NCBI GenBank assembly: GCA_030066245.1
Contig: JASJBY010000026.1
Span: 1-38,614 of the forward strand
DNA from: Gammaproteobacteria bacterium
GTDB lineage: Bacteria > Pseudomonadota > Gammaproteobacteria > JAABTG01
Direction of reading: 5' to 3'
DNA: 38,614 bases
A program made the position numbers and the translations under genes. The notes under the pieces are model-generated. The model ran no database searches and was not told where the DNA came from. It saw only the letters and a program-made list of their open reading frames with translations. Positions 1 through 8,516 of this stretch are shown in pieces. Positions within the stretch are counted from its first letter, which is position 1. Each line of letters opens with the position of its first letter.

Positions 1-233
1 CCGATGTTCACAGGACATTGGTCTTTGTCCTGCTCGCCCCTGTGCTGACGCTCGGGGCGGTCGTCCCTCGACCGCCGCTGGGTCTGACGACCCTGCCCGC
101 CCGTTCCGGGGTCTGCAACGGGCCTCCACCAGTCGCGTTGCGCGATTCCCGCCGAAACCCCGGCCGGGCCGTAGACCAGTTTGATTCTGTGTCAGCCCAC
201 GAGATGCTCCTGGATACCCGAGTCGGGCGCCGG

Positions 234-776
234 TTACTGGCCGATACCCTGCTGCAGGAGCAGCTGCTCGAAGGGCTCCCGGTACTTGAGGATCTCCTCC
301 AGAACCAGCTGCTGCTCGTCCAGACGCTGCTGCAACAGATCCATGCGCCGTGCCATCTCGGCGTACCGGGTCCCCTGGCGGTGACCGGGGACGGGCTGCT
401 CTGGTTTCACCCCCGCAGATTCGCCGCCGGCGGCTCGTGGGGCTGGCCCCCATGTCCTGCCGCCGGGTCCGCGCCTGTTCGGGGGCCCCATGCCCTGGCC
501 AACCTGTCCGGGCGGATGCACCATGCCGGGACCCCTTGGAACGGCCAGACGCATGGCCTTGTACAGGCTGCGCGCCTGCTGGCGAAGCAGACGCTGGCGC
601 TCCCCCGGATCGCGGGTCGCCCGCAGCCTGGCAAGGATCTGTTCCATTTGCAGCAGGGTCTGCTCGAAGGGATCCAAGGCCTGGGCGGGTGCCGGCTGCC
701 CTGGCTCGGCGGCGCCAAGCCAGGAGCTGTAGGTCAGCAGCAGGCCGAGGGCAACGCTGAGCACATGGCGTGTCAT
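234..776 (-). CDS. hypothetical secreted protein: signal peptide, Gln/Leu-rich helical ends, Gly/Pro-rich centre
   Basis: 180-aa ORF. The N-terminus MTRHVLSVALGLLLTYSSWLGAAEP looks like a Sec signal peptide. Both ends carry repeated LLQ/LxxQ helical segments. It lies divergent to the cytochrome gene. No recognisable catalytic motif. Confidence 0.5.
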   Translation of the reverse strand: MTRHVLSVALGLLLTYSSWLGAAEPGQPAPAQALDPFEQTLLQMEQILARLRATRDPGERQRLLRQQARSLYKAMRLAVPRGPGMVHPPGQVGQGMGPPNRRGPGGRTWGPAPRAAGGESAGVKPEQPVPGHRQGTRYAEMARRMDLLQQRLDEQQLVLEEILKYREPFEQLLLQQGIGQ

Positions 777-975
777 ATTCTGCTTCTCCTCACGAGTGGC
801 TCCGGGATCCGTGATGGTGCCGGACGCGGGCTACGGTACCCGTTCTCGTCAGCCGGCTCAACGCGGCTTCGTCCGGCGTGCTGCCTCGCCTGCCGCGGGC
901 CTTTTTCGTGTATCAGCGCTTGCTTATTTGTTACCATGAGGGTGTTACAGGGCTTCCTCGATCAGAGCGGGCTGT

Positions 976-3786
976 ATGGCCGATCAGAAACCAACAACCC
1001 AGGGCCGGCCGGCACGCGGTCGAGCCGTCGTCGGTCCCTATCTGCGTAAGCTTCTCGTGCCGGTTCTCGGTTTGTTCGGGCTGCTCGCCGTGAACGGCGT
1101 GTATCTGGCCAGCATCACCCTGTTCGAATGGGCAAGCGGGGCGACCTACCAGAACTACTTCTATCAGGTCATGTTCCTGGTCCACCTGGTGCTCGGCCTG
1201 CTGATCATCGTGCCTGTTGTTGTATTTGGCGCAGGGCATCTGCGCAATGCCTGGTCACGACCCAACCGTCCCGCGGTGCGCGCCGGCCTCGCCCTATACA
1301 CCACTGCATTGCTGGTGATCGTGAGCGGCGTGGTCTTGGTCCGTTTCGACTTCTTCGAGATCAAGGATCCCGAGATCCGCGCGGTCGCGTACTGGGTGCA
1401 CGTGGCGGCCCCGCTGCTGGCGGCTTGGCTGTTCGTGCTGCACCGGCTCGCCGGGTCGCGCATCCGGTGGAAGGTCGGCGTAGCCTGGGCGTCCGTCGCC
1501 TTGGCCCTGCCCCTCGTCATGTTGCTGGCGCAACGGCCGGACGCGGGCGGCGATCCGGCTTTGGCGGGCGTCACCGGCGATGCCCAGTTTGCCCCGTCGT
1601 TGTCGCGCACCGCCAGCGGCGGCCTCATTCCGGCCAGGGCGTTGATGATGGACCAGTACTGTCTCCAGTGTCATGCCGACGTGCATGAGCAGTGGTCTCA
1701 CAGCGCCCATCGGTTCAGCTCTTTCAACAATCCGGCCTACCGGTTCTCGGTGAGGGAGGTGCGGGATCTCGATCCCGCGGCGGCGCGTTTCTGCGCCGGC
1801 TGTCACGATCTGGTGCCGCTGTTCAGCGGCGTCCTGGACGACCCCGGATTCGACGACGTCCACGACCCGACCGCAACCGTGGGAATCACGTGCAGCGGCT
1901 GTCACGCCATCAGCCGGGTCAACAGTCCGCGCGGCAACGGCGACTACACCATCGAGGAGCCGGTCCACTATCCCTTTGCCTACAGCGATAATGCGGTGCT
2001 GCAATGGGTGAATCGGCAGCTGGTCAAGGCCAAGCCGGCCTTCCACGAGAAAGTGTTCATGAAGCCGGTTCACCGGGAGGCCGAGTTCTGCAGCGTCTGC
2101 CACAAGGTCTTCCTGCCCGAGGAGGTTAACCAGTACAAATGGCTGAGGGGGCAGAACCACTACGACGCCTACATCCTTTCGGGCGTCTCGGGCCACGGTG
2201 CCACCAGCTTCTACTATCCGCCGCGGGCGGTGCATCGCTGCGCCCAATGCCATATGCCCCTGCAGGCGTCCGCCGACTTCGGTGCCGACTTCTTCGATGG
2301 TTCCGGGGAGCTCAAGGTGCACAACCACCAGTTCCCGGCCGCCAACACGGCGCTGCCCCATCTGCTGGGCCTGCCGGAGGAGGTCAACGACGCCCATCGG
2401 TCTTTCCTGGCCGGCTCGCTGCGGGTGGACATTTTCGGAATCAAGGAAGGGGGCACCATCACCGGCCCGCTGACGGCGCCGCTGGGGCCCCGAGTGCCGG
2501 CTCTGGTCCCGGGTGAGCGTTATCTGCTGGAGACCGTCCTGCGCACCGTCCGGCTGGGGCATGTGTTCACCCAGGGCACGGCCGACTCCAACCAGGTGTG
2601 GCTGGATGTGCGGGTCACCAGCGGTGAAGCCCTGATCGGCAGGAGTGGCGGGCTCGGGGCACAGGGCGAGGTGGATCCCTGGTCTCACTTCGTGAATGCC
2701 TATGTGCTCGACCGAGAGGGCAATCGCATCGACCGGCGCAACGGTCAGGACATTTTCACCACCCTGTACAACCATCAGATCCCGCCGGGTGCGGCCGACG
2801 TGGTCCACTACGCCTTCACGGTCCCGGCACATGTCCGCGCCCCGGTGACCGTGGAGGTGAGCCTGAACTATCGTAAGTTCGACACGCCCTACATGCGTCA
2901 TTTCCAGGGACGCCAATTCGTCACCAACGATCTGCCGGTCACGGTCATTGCCAGGGATCGGATCACTTTTCCGCTGCGGGGCAGCGCGGGACCTGCGTCC
3001 GCCCAGGACACTGCCGTGCCGGCCTGGGAGCGTTGGAACGACTATGGCATTGCCTTGCTGCGCAAAGGCGAGAGGGGCGAGCTGCGTCAGGCTGAACAAG
3101 CGTTCGCGCGGGTGGAGGAACTGGGGCGCGCGGACGGGCCGTTGAACCTGGCGCGGGTCTATCTTCGCGAGGGCCGGCTGGATGACGCCGCGGCGGCCCT
3201 GCGTCGTGCCGCTGCCCACGAGCCGCCGGCGCCGCCCTGGGTGGTGGCCTGGCTGACCGCCCGGATCAACAAGCAGAACGGTTATCTCGACGAGGCCATC
3301 CAGGATCTGAAACGTATCGTTGCGACCGGCTTCGCGGACGCGCAGGCGCGGGAGTTCGACTTCAGCCGGGACTACAGAGTCCTCAACGAGCTGGGACAAA
3401 CCCTGGTGGAACGGGCCAAGCAGGAGCGCGGCAGCAGACGCCGGCAGCAGCGCGAGCAGCTGTTGCGCGAGGCGGCGCAGACTTTCCAGCGGGTGCTGGT
3501 GCTGGATCCGGAAAACGTGACCGCCCATTACAACCTGGCGCTGGTGCACACCTGGCTCGGCGACACCGAGCGCGCCGGGCGCCATCGGTCTCTGCATGGC
3601 AAATATCGCGCCGACGACAATGCCCGGGAGCGGGTGGTGACGCTGCACCGCCGCCGCAACCCGGCTGCCGACCACGCCGCCGAGGCGGTCGTCATCTACG
3701 ATCTGCAGCGCCCGGGAGCATTCGGTCTTTCCGGAAAGCCGCTTGACCTGGCCCTGCTGGGCGGGGCGCAAGCCGGAGAACCCTAG
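976..3786 (+). CDS. membrane-anchored pentaheme c-type cytochrome with C-terminal TPR domain
   Basis: 936-aa ORF. It has five CXXCH motifs: CLQCH, CAGCH, CSGCH, CSVCH and CAQCH. The N-terminal ~190 aa contain about five hydrophobic helices, with His pairs in two of them. The C-terminal ~250 aa are TPR-like (AHYNLALVHTWLGD, ARVYLREGRLDDA). Confidence 0.85.
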   Translation: MADQKPTTQGRPARGRAVVGPYLRKLLVPVLGLFGLLAVNGVYLASITLFEWASGATYQNYFYQVMFLVHLVLGLLIIVPVVVFGAGHLRNAWSRPNRPAVRAGLALYTTALLVIVSGVVLVRFDFFEIKDPEIRAVAYWVHVAAPLLAAWLFVLHRLAGSRIRWKVGVAWASVALALPLVMLLAQRPDAGGDPALAGVTGDAQFAPSLSRTASGGLIPARALMMDQYCLQCHADVHEQWSHSAHRFSSFNNPAYRFSVREVRDLDPAAARFCAGCHDLVPLFSGVLDDPGFDDVHDPTATVGITCSGCHAISRVNSPRGNGDYTIEEPVHYPFAYSDNAVLQWVNRQLVKAKPAFHEKVFMKPVHREAEFCSVCHKVFLPEEVNQYKWLRGQNHYDAYILSGVSGHGATSFYYPPRAVHRCAQCHMPLQASADFGADFFDGSGELKVHNHQFPAANTALPHLLGLPEEVNDAHRSFLAGSLRVDIFGIKEGGTITGPLTAPLGPRVPALVPGERYLLETVLRTVRLGHVFTQGTADSNQVWLDVRVTSGEALIGRSGGLGAQGEVDPWSHFVNAYVLDREGNRIDRRNGQDIFTTLYNHQIPPGAADVVHYAFTVPAHVRAPVTVEVSLNYRKFDTPYMRHFQGRQFVTNDLPVTVIARDRITFPLRGSAGPASAQDTAVPAWERWNDYGIALLRKGERGELRQAEQAFARVEELGRADGPLNLARVYLREGRLDDAAAALRRAAAHEPPAPPWVVAWLTARINKQNGYLDEAIQDLKRIVATGFADAQAREFDFSRDYRVLNELGQTLVERAKQERGSRRRQQREQLLREAAQTFQRVLVLDPENVTAHYNLALVHTWLGDTERAGRHRSLHGKYRADDNARERVVTLHRRRNPAADHAAEAVVIYDLQRPGAFGLSGKPLDLALLGGAQAGEP

Positions 3787-3788
3787 TC

Positions 3789-5639
3789 GTGGCCGCCGGT
3801 CATCCTGGTGACGCCAGCAACAAAGCACCCGACACCGGTGCGGCGGTCATCAGCCGCGCCTTTCGCCGCTCCCTCGCTACCCTTCTCCTCATTGCCCTCG
3901 GCATCGGCCTGATCTTCTACCTCGGCAAGCGCGGCCCGGAGGAGAAGGTCACGCCAGATGAGGCCCCCGTCAGCGTGCCGGCGGAACCCCGCGAGGCGAC
4001 ACCGGAGGTGCCGGTGGTGAGCTTCACGGACGTGTCCCGCGCTGCGGGCGTCGATTTCGTGCACGTCAACGGCGCCTACGGCAAGCGGTTTCTGCCTGAG
4101 ACCATGGGCGGGGGAGTGGCCCTGTTCGACTACGACAACGACGGTGACGCTGATCTGCTGCTGGTGAACTCGGACACCTGGCAGGAAAGACGCCAGGCAG
4201 GCGGCCAGCGTCCCACCATGGCGCTCTATGCCAACGACGGTCGGGGCAACTTCAGCAACGTCACGGCAGCCGCCGGACTTGACATCAGCGCCTACGGCAT
4301 GGGTGTGGCGGCGGGCGATTATGACGGCGACGGCTGGGTCGACCTCTTCATCAGTGCCATGGGCCCGAACCGGCTTCTGCGCAATACGGGCGGCCGCTTC
4401 ACCGATAGCACGGCCGCAGCCGGATTGGCGGGTGACCCCGAGCGCTGGAGCACCAGCAGCGCTTTCTTCGACTACGACAATGACGGGGATCTGGATCTGT
4501 TCGTGGCCAACTACGTCCAGTGGTCCCAGGACATCGATCTGGAGGTGGACTTCCGCCTCACCGGCATAGGCCGGGCTTACGGGCCACCGAAGAGCTACGC
4601 GGGAACCCACTGCTATTTGTATCGCAACGATGGAGACGGCACCTTCAGCGACGTGTCGGCCGAGGCCGGCATCCAGGTGAACAACCCGGCCACCGGCAAG
4701 CCCATGGGGAAAGCCCTGGCGGTCTCGCCCATCGACGCGGACGGCGACGGCTACCTGGACCTGCTGGTGGCCAACGACACGGTGCAGAACTTCTTCTTCT
4801 ACAACCGGGGCGACGGCCGTTTCGAGGAAGTGGGCACTTACTGGGGGCTTGCCTTCGACCGCAACGGTCACGCCACGGGCGCTATGGGAACAGATGCGGC
4901 TTACTACCGGAACAGCGGGGAACTGGGCTTCGTCATCGGCAATTTCGCCAACGAGATGACTTCGCTGTACGTCTCCCAGGGCGATCCCAGCCAGTACGCC
5001 GACGAGTCCATCGTGGACGGCATCGGCCCGGCGAGCCGCCTGAAGCTCTCCTTTGCCGTGTTCTTCTTCGACTACGATCTGGATGGCCGTCTGGATTTGT
5101 TCCAGGCCAACGGCCACGTGGAGAACGAGATCAACGCGGTGCAGGCGAGTCAGCATTACCGCCAGCCGCCGCAGCTGTTCTGGAACTGCGGAGACCAGTG
5201 TCCCGCCACTTTCGTGCCGGTGGACGAGGGTGCCTCCGGGGACCTGGCGCAACCGCTGGCAGGGCGGGGCGCGGCTTACGCCGATCTGGACGGGGATGGG
5301 GATCTGGATCTGGTCATCACCCAGGTGGGCGACGCCCCGGTCGTGCTTCGCAACGACCAGGCGCTCGGCCATCACTGGCTGCGGATCCGGCTCAAGGGGC
5401 GCGGCCCGAACCGGGATGCCATCGGCGCCCGGGTGGAAGTGACCGCGGGGGGGATCACCCGACAGCTTCAGGTGATGCCGACCCGGGGCTATCTCTCCCA
5501 GGTGGAGCTGCCCCTGACCTTTGGGCTGGGCCAGAACGCCGGCGCGGAGCGTGTGCGCATCCAGTGGCCGGATGGGAGCACGGAGACGCATGCGGAAGTT
5601 CCCGTTGACCGAACTGTGGTGTTTGAGCAGCAGGAGTAG
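3789..5639 (+). CDS. CRTAC1-family protein (FG-GAP/VCBS repeats + C-terminal ASPIC/UnbV domain), N-terminal membrane anchor
   Basis: GTG start 2 nt after the cytochrome stop. TM anchor LATLLLIALGIGLIFYL. Repeated FDYDNDGDxDL(L/F)V(A)N calcium-binding-like FG-GAP motifs. The C-terminal segment HWLRIRLKGRGPNRDAIGARVEV...YLSQVELPLTFGLG is typical of ASPIC/UnbV. Confidence 0.85.
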   Translation: MAAGHPGDASNKAPDTGAAVISRAFRRSLATLLLIALGIGLIFYLGKRGPEEKVTPDEAPVSVPAEPREATPEVPVVSFTDVSRAAGVDFVHVNGAYGKRFLPETMGGGVALFDYDNDGDADLLLVNSDTWQERRQAGGQRPTMALYANDGRGNFSNVTAAAGLDISAYGMGVAAGDYDGDGWVDLFISAMGPNRLLRNTGGRFTDSTAAAGLAGDPERWSTSSAFFDYDNDGDLDLFVANYVQWSQDIDLEVDFRLTGIGRAYGPPKSYAGTHCYLYRNDGDGTFSDVSAEAGIQVNNPATGKPMGKALAVSPIDADGDGYLDLLVANDTVQNFFFYNRGDGRFEEVGTYWGLAFDRNGHATGAMGTDAAYYRNSGELGFVIGNFANEMTSLYVSQGDPSQYADESIVDGIGPASRLKLSFAVFFFDYDLDGRLDLFQANGHVENEINAVQASQHYRQPPQLFWNCGDQCPATFVPVDEGASGDLAQPLAGRGAAYADLDGDGDLDLVITQVGDAPVVLRNDQALGHHWLRIRLKGRGPNRDAIGARVEVTAGGITRQLQVMPTRGYLSQVELPLTFGLGQNAGAERVRIQWPDGSTETHAEVPVDRTVVFEQQE

Positions 5640-5723
5640 GCCAGGCGATTATCAGACGAGTGTGTGTGGTGCAGCGCCAAGGGGTAGTGCCAAGAATCTT
5701 GCTCATTATCTCTGAGGCAGTGC

Positions 5724-6533
5724 TCACGCAGTTGGGTCAGCACCGCCGGACAACCCGAAGAAGACGCGGGCGGTCTCGGTGGTCCAGCCTGCCACGTATT
5801 CGCGTTCGTAGCCCAGCGCATCGCTGACCGCCTCCAGCACGGCGGGCAGGAACGCCGGCTCGTTGCGCCTGTCCTTGGGGCGGGGCGTCAGGTTGCGGGG
5901 CAGTATGTAAGGGGCGTCGGTCTCCAGCATGAGACGGTCGGCGGGGATCTGGGCTATCAGATCCCGCAGGTGCAGCCCGCGGCGCTCGTCACAGATCCAG
6001 CCCGTGATCCCCACATGAAGATCCAGATCGCGGCAGGCGGCCAGCTCGTCGCGATCGCCGGTGAAACAGTGCAGGACGGCCCTGGGCAGACGGTCGCGGT
6101 AGCGTTCCAGCAGGGGGAAGAATCGCCGCCGGGCGTCCCGCTGGTGCAGGAAGACGGGCATGGCCCGGTCACAGGCGAGCTCCAGCTGGGCTTCGAAGGC
6201 CCGCTCCTGGTCCGGTCGGGGGCTGTAGTCCCGATAGAAGTCCAGCCCCGTCTCCCCCAGGGCGACCACCTCCGGAGTGGCGGCCAGCTCCGCCAGCCGG
6301 CTGCCCGTGGCGTTGGTCCATTGCTTCGCGTCGTGGGGATGCACACCGGCGGTGCTGGCGAGCACCCCGGGGTGGCGGCTCGCCAACGCCTGGGCTGCCT
6401 GACTTGCCTGCAGGTCGGTGCCGGTGACCACCATCTGCACCACGCCTGCCTCTGCGGCGCGCTCCATCACCGCCGGCAGATCCCGGCGGAAGGACGAGTG
6501 GGTCAGGTTAGCCCCGATGTCAATGAGCTCCAC
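5724..6533 (-). CDS. tatD: TatD-family metal-dependent hydrolase/DNase
   Basis: ELIDIGANLTHSSF resembles the E. coli TatD N-terminus (MFDIGVNLTSSQF, from memory). It is followed by typical TatD His/Asp/Glu-containing blocks (GVHPH, FLHQRDA, ETDAPY). I trimmed the start to the GTG at 6533. The 401-aa track ORF extends upstream only because no stop codon occurs there. Confidence 0.8.
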   Translation of the reverse strand: MELIDIGANLTHSSFRRDLPAVMERAAEAGVVQMVVTGTDLQASQAAQALASRHPGVLASTAGVHPHDAKQWTNATGSRLAELAATPEVVALGETGLDFYRDYSPRPDQERAFEAQLELACDRAMPVFLHQRDARRRFFPLLERYRDRLPRAVLHCFTGDRDELAACRDLDLHVGITGWICDERRGLHLRDLIAQIPADRLMLETDAPYILPRNLTPRPKDRRNEPAFLPAVLEAVSDALGYEREYVAGWTTETARVFFGLSGGADPTA

Positions 6534-6672
6534 GGCCTTGTTCCCGTTGGCAGGAAGCCGGATTCTACCCGGCGACGGGCGACTTTGCCCGGAGTGCTGA
6601 CCCAGGTCATTTCCGGTTCCGGTGGATGGTCCTAGAGTGGTAATCGAACCGGTGCGGGCGGAGAAAACAAAC

Positions 6673-7065
6673 ATGAGCTTGGACCATCCCCAGATCGCCG
6701 AGCTGAAGGCGCACCTGCAGGAGCGCTTCGAGGCACTGCGTGAAGCGGTCAGGCAGGAGCTGCTGCAAAGTGACCGCGAGCAGTACGTGGCCCTCGCGGG
6801 CGAGGTGGCGGACCCCGGGGACGCGTCCATGGCGGACCTGCTGGCGGACCTCAATCTGGCCGTCATCGATAACCACATCAACGAGATCCAGGCCGTGGAG
6901 CAGGCGTTGATGCGGATGGCCTCGGGCACCTACGGGCTGTGCGCCGATTGCGAGGAGCCCATCGACCCGGCACGCCTCCAGACCCAGCCCGCGGCGAAAC
7001 GTTGCGTCCACTGTCAGACGCGTCACGAGCAGGCAACGACGCCGGCGGCCCGTGTGTCCCTGTGA
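6673..7065 (+). CDS. DksA/TraR-family C4 zinc-finger protein
   Basis: Coiled-coil N-terminal part followed by a CADCEEPI...RCVHCQ (CxxC-N17-CxxC) zinc finger. Start placed at the ATG at 6673 (MSLDHPQ), which is preceded by GGAG. Confidence 0.8.
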   Translation: MSLDHPQIAELKAHLQERFEALREAVRQELLQSDREQYVALAGEVADPGDASMADLLADLNLAVIDNHINEIQAVEQALMRMASGTYGLCADCEEPIDPARLQTQPAAKRCVHCQTRHEQATTPAARVSL

Positions 7066-7199
7066 AAGCCTGGCGGGCCGCCGGGGGCCTTCCTGCCGGC
7101 AGCTGGAGCAAGCCCCTAGGTGGACGGTCGCGACAGCGCTGACCCGGCATCCCTACTGCTAAACTGACAAGTCTTGATCTCGCAGCGGAGACCGGGCTG

Positions 7200-8312
7200 T
7201 TGCAGGTAGGCGTCCCTAAGGAAACCAAAGACCGTGAGAACCGCGTGGCGCTGACCCCGGACGGCGCCGCCGCCCTGGTGCGGGCCGGACACAGGGTGCT
7301 GGTGGAGCACGGGGCGGGGCTCGGCTCCGGCTTCTCCGACGAGCAGTTCCGGGCGGCGGGAGCGGAGACCGTCCACCGTGAACGCGCCTGGGGTGCAGGC
7401 TTGGTGGTCAAGGTCAAGGAGCCCCAGCCCGGCGAGTACCCGTGCCTCGCGGATCAGATCCTGTTCACTTATCTGCACCTCTCCGGCTCGCCGGCGGCAT
7501 TGACGGCCGCCCTGCAGCGGGCAGGCACCACGGCGGTGGCCTACGAGACCGTGGAGGACGCCCAGGGGCGGCTGCCCCTGCTCGCCCCCATGAGCGCCGT
7601 CGCCGGCAACATGGCGGCCACTATGGGGGCGTACTATCTGGCGCGCTTCAACCAGGGCAAGGGCGTGCTGCTGGGCCAGGTGCTGGGCCGCGCCCACGGC
7701 AAGGTCCTGGTGGTCGGCGATGGCGTCGTGGGCCGGCATGCCGCCCGGTCGGCGGCCGGCATGGGTGCGCAAGTTTTCCTCTGCGGTCGCCACCCGGAGC
7801 GCGCCCCCGAGCTGAAGCGAAGCATCTCCCCCGATCTCCAGTTCGTGGCGTCCACGCCGGAGCACATCGGCCGTCACGTGCAGGACGCGGATCTGGTGGT
7901 CGGTGGCGTGTTGCGGCGGGGCGCCCGGGCCCCCCACGTGGTCAGCGAGGCCATGGTGAGCCGCATGCAGCCCGGTTCCGTCATCGTGGACGTGAGCATC
8001 GACCAGGGCGGCTGCGTGGAGACCTCCCGGCCCACCTCGCACTCGGAGCCGGTCTACCTCAGCCACGGGGTGATCCACTACTGCGTCACCAACATGCCGG
8101 GCGCCTATCCGCGCACGTCCACCCTGGCCCTGACGGACGCCACCCTGGGTCATGTCTTGCGGCTGGCGGCCGAGGGCGTGGCCGCCTTTCGCCGGGACGC
8201 CGGGTTTGCCAGGGGCGTGAACGTCCACCAGGGCCGCATCACCTGCGAGGCGGTGGCCCGGGACCTGGACATGAGCGAGGACTACCGGGCCTTCTCCAGC
8301 CTTCCGGCCTGA
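7200..8312 (+). CDS. ald: alanine dehydrogenase
   Basis: GVPKETKDRENRVALTP N-terminus, a Rossmann motif VLVVGDGVVGRHAARSAAGMGAQV, and a length of 370 aa. The start is a TTG at 7200. Confidence 0.9.
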   Translation: MQVGVPKETKDRENRVALTPDGAAALVRAGHRVLVEHGAGLGSGFSDEQFRAAGAETVHRERAWGAGLVVKVKEPQPGEYPCLADQILFTYLHLSGSPAALTAALQRAGTTAVAYETVEDAQGRLPLLAPMSAVAGNMAATMGAYYLARFNQGKGVLLGQVLGRAHGKVLVVGDGVVGRHAARSAAGMGAQVFLCGRHPERAPELKRSISPDLQFVASTPEHIGRHVQDADLVVGGVLRRGARAPHVVSEAMVSRMQPGSVIVDVSIDQGGCVETSRPTSHSEPVYLSHGVIHYCVTNMPGAYPRTSTLALTDATLGHVLRLAAEGVAAFRRDAGFARGVNVHQGRITCEAVARDLDMSEDYRAFSSLPA

Positions 8313-8516
8313 AAGACCTGGGTGAGCCTGGCTTGAGTTCCACTCTCAGCGATGGGGCGGCGGATGCCCGCCGGGGTGCCCGCCGCGGACGCTTGACCTG
8401 CCCGAACGGGCTTCCCGGGCGCTGTCGGAAGGCGAATTCCCGAAACGGTAAAATAAGCGCTGTGGGGGCGCATGCGGTCTGGCCGCGGGCGCTGCCCCTA
8501 CCAGGAGGCTGTCCCA

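Noticed and set aside
1-233. Possible partial gene or terminator at the left edge
   Set aside because: Frames open to the edge translate to Arg-rich junk or are only a few codons long. Only weak palindromes are present (CCGGCCGG, CGCGTTGCGCG). The evidence is insufficient for any call.
18-1049. 343-aa + strand ORF at the left edge
   Set aside because: It overlaps the better-supported minus-strand secreted protein (234-776) and runs into the cytochrome gene. Its composition is typical of GC-driven noise, and it has no RBS or motif.
1294-3828. Very long antisense ORFs opposite real genes. Examples are 1294-3828 (-) 844 aa, 3783-5591 (-) 602 aa, 7116-8228 (-) 370 aa, 10343-12079 (-) 578 aa, 14316-15428 (-) 370 aa and 8472.. 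frame-shifted + ORFs.
   Set aside because: Their translations are Arg/Gly/Pro/Ala-rich low-complexity sequence with no motifs. The opposite strand encodes proteins with clear domain signatures. Long stop-free antisense frames are expected at this GC content.
6534-6929. N-terminal 130-aa extension of the TatD ORF (the 401-aa version in the track)
   Set aside because: The extension overlaps the DksA/TraR-like gene on the other strand and is low complexity. The TatD homology begins at ELIDIGANLTH, where an in-frame GTG gives a normal ~270-aa protein.
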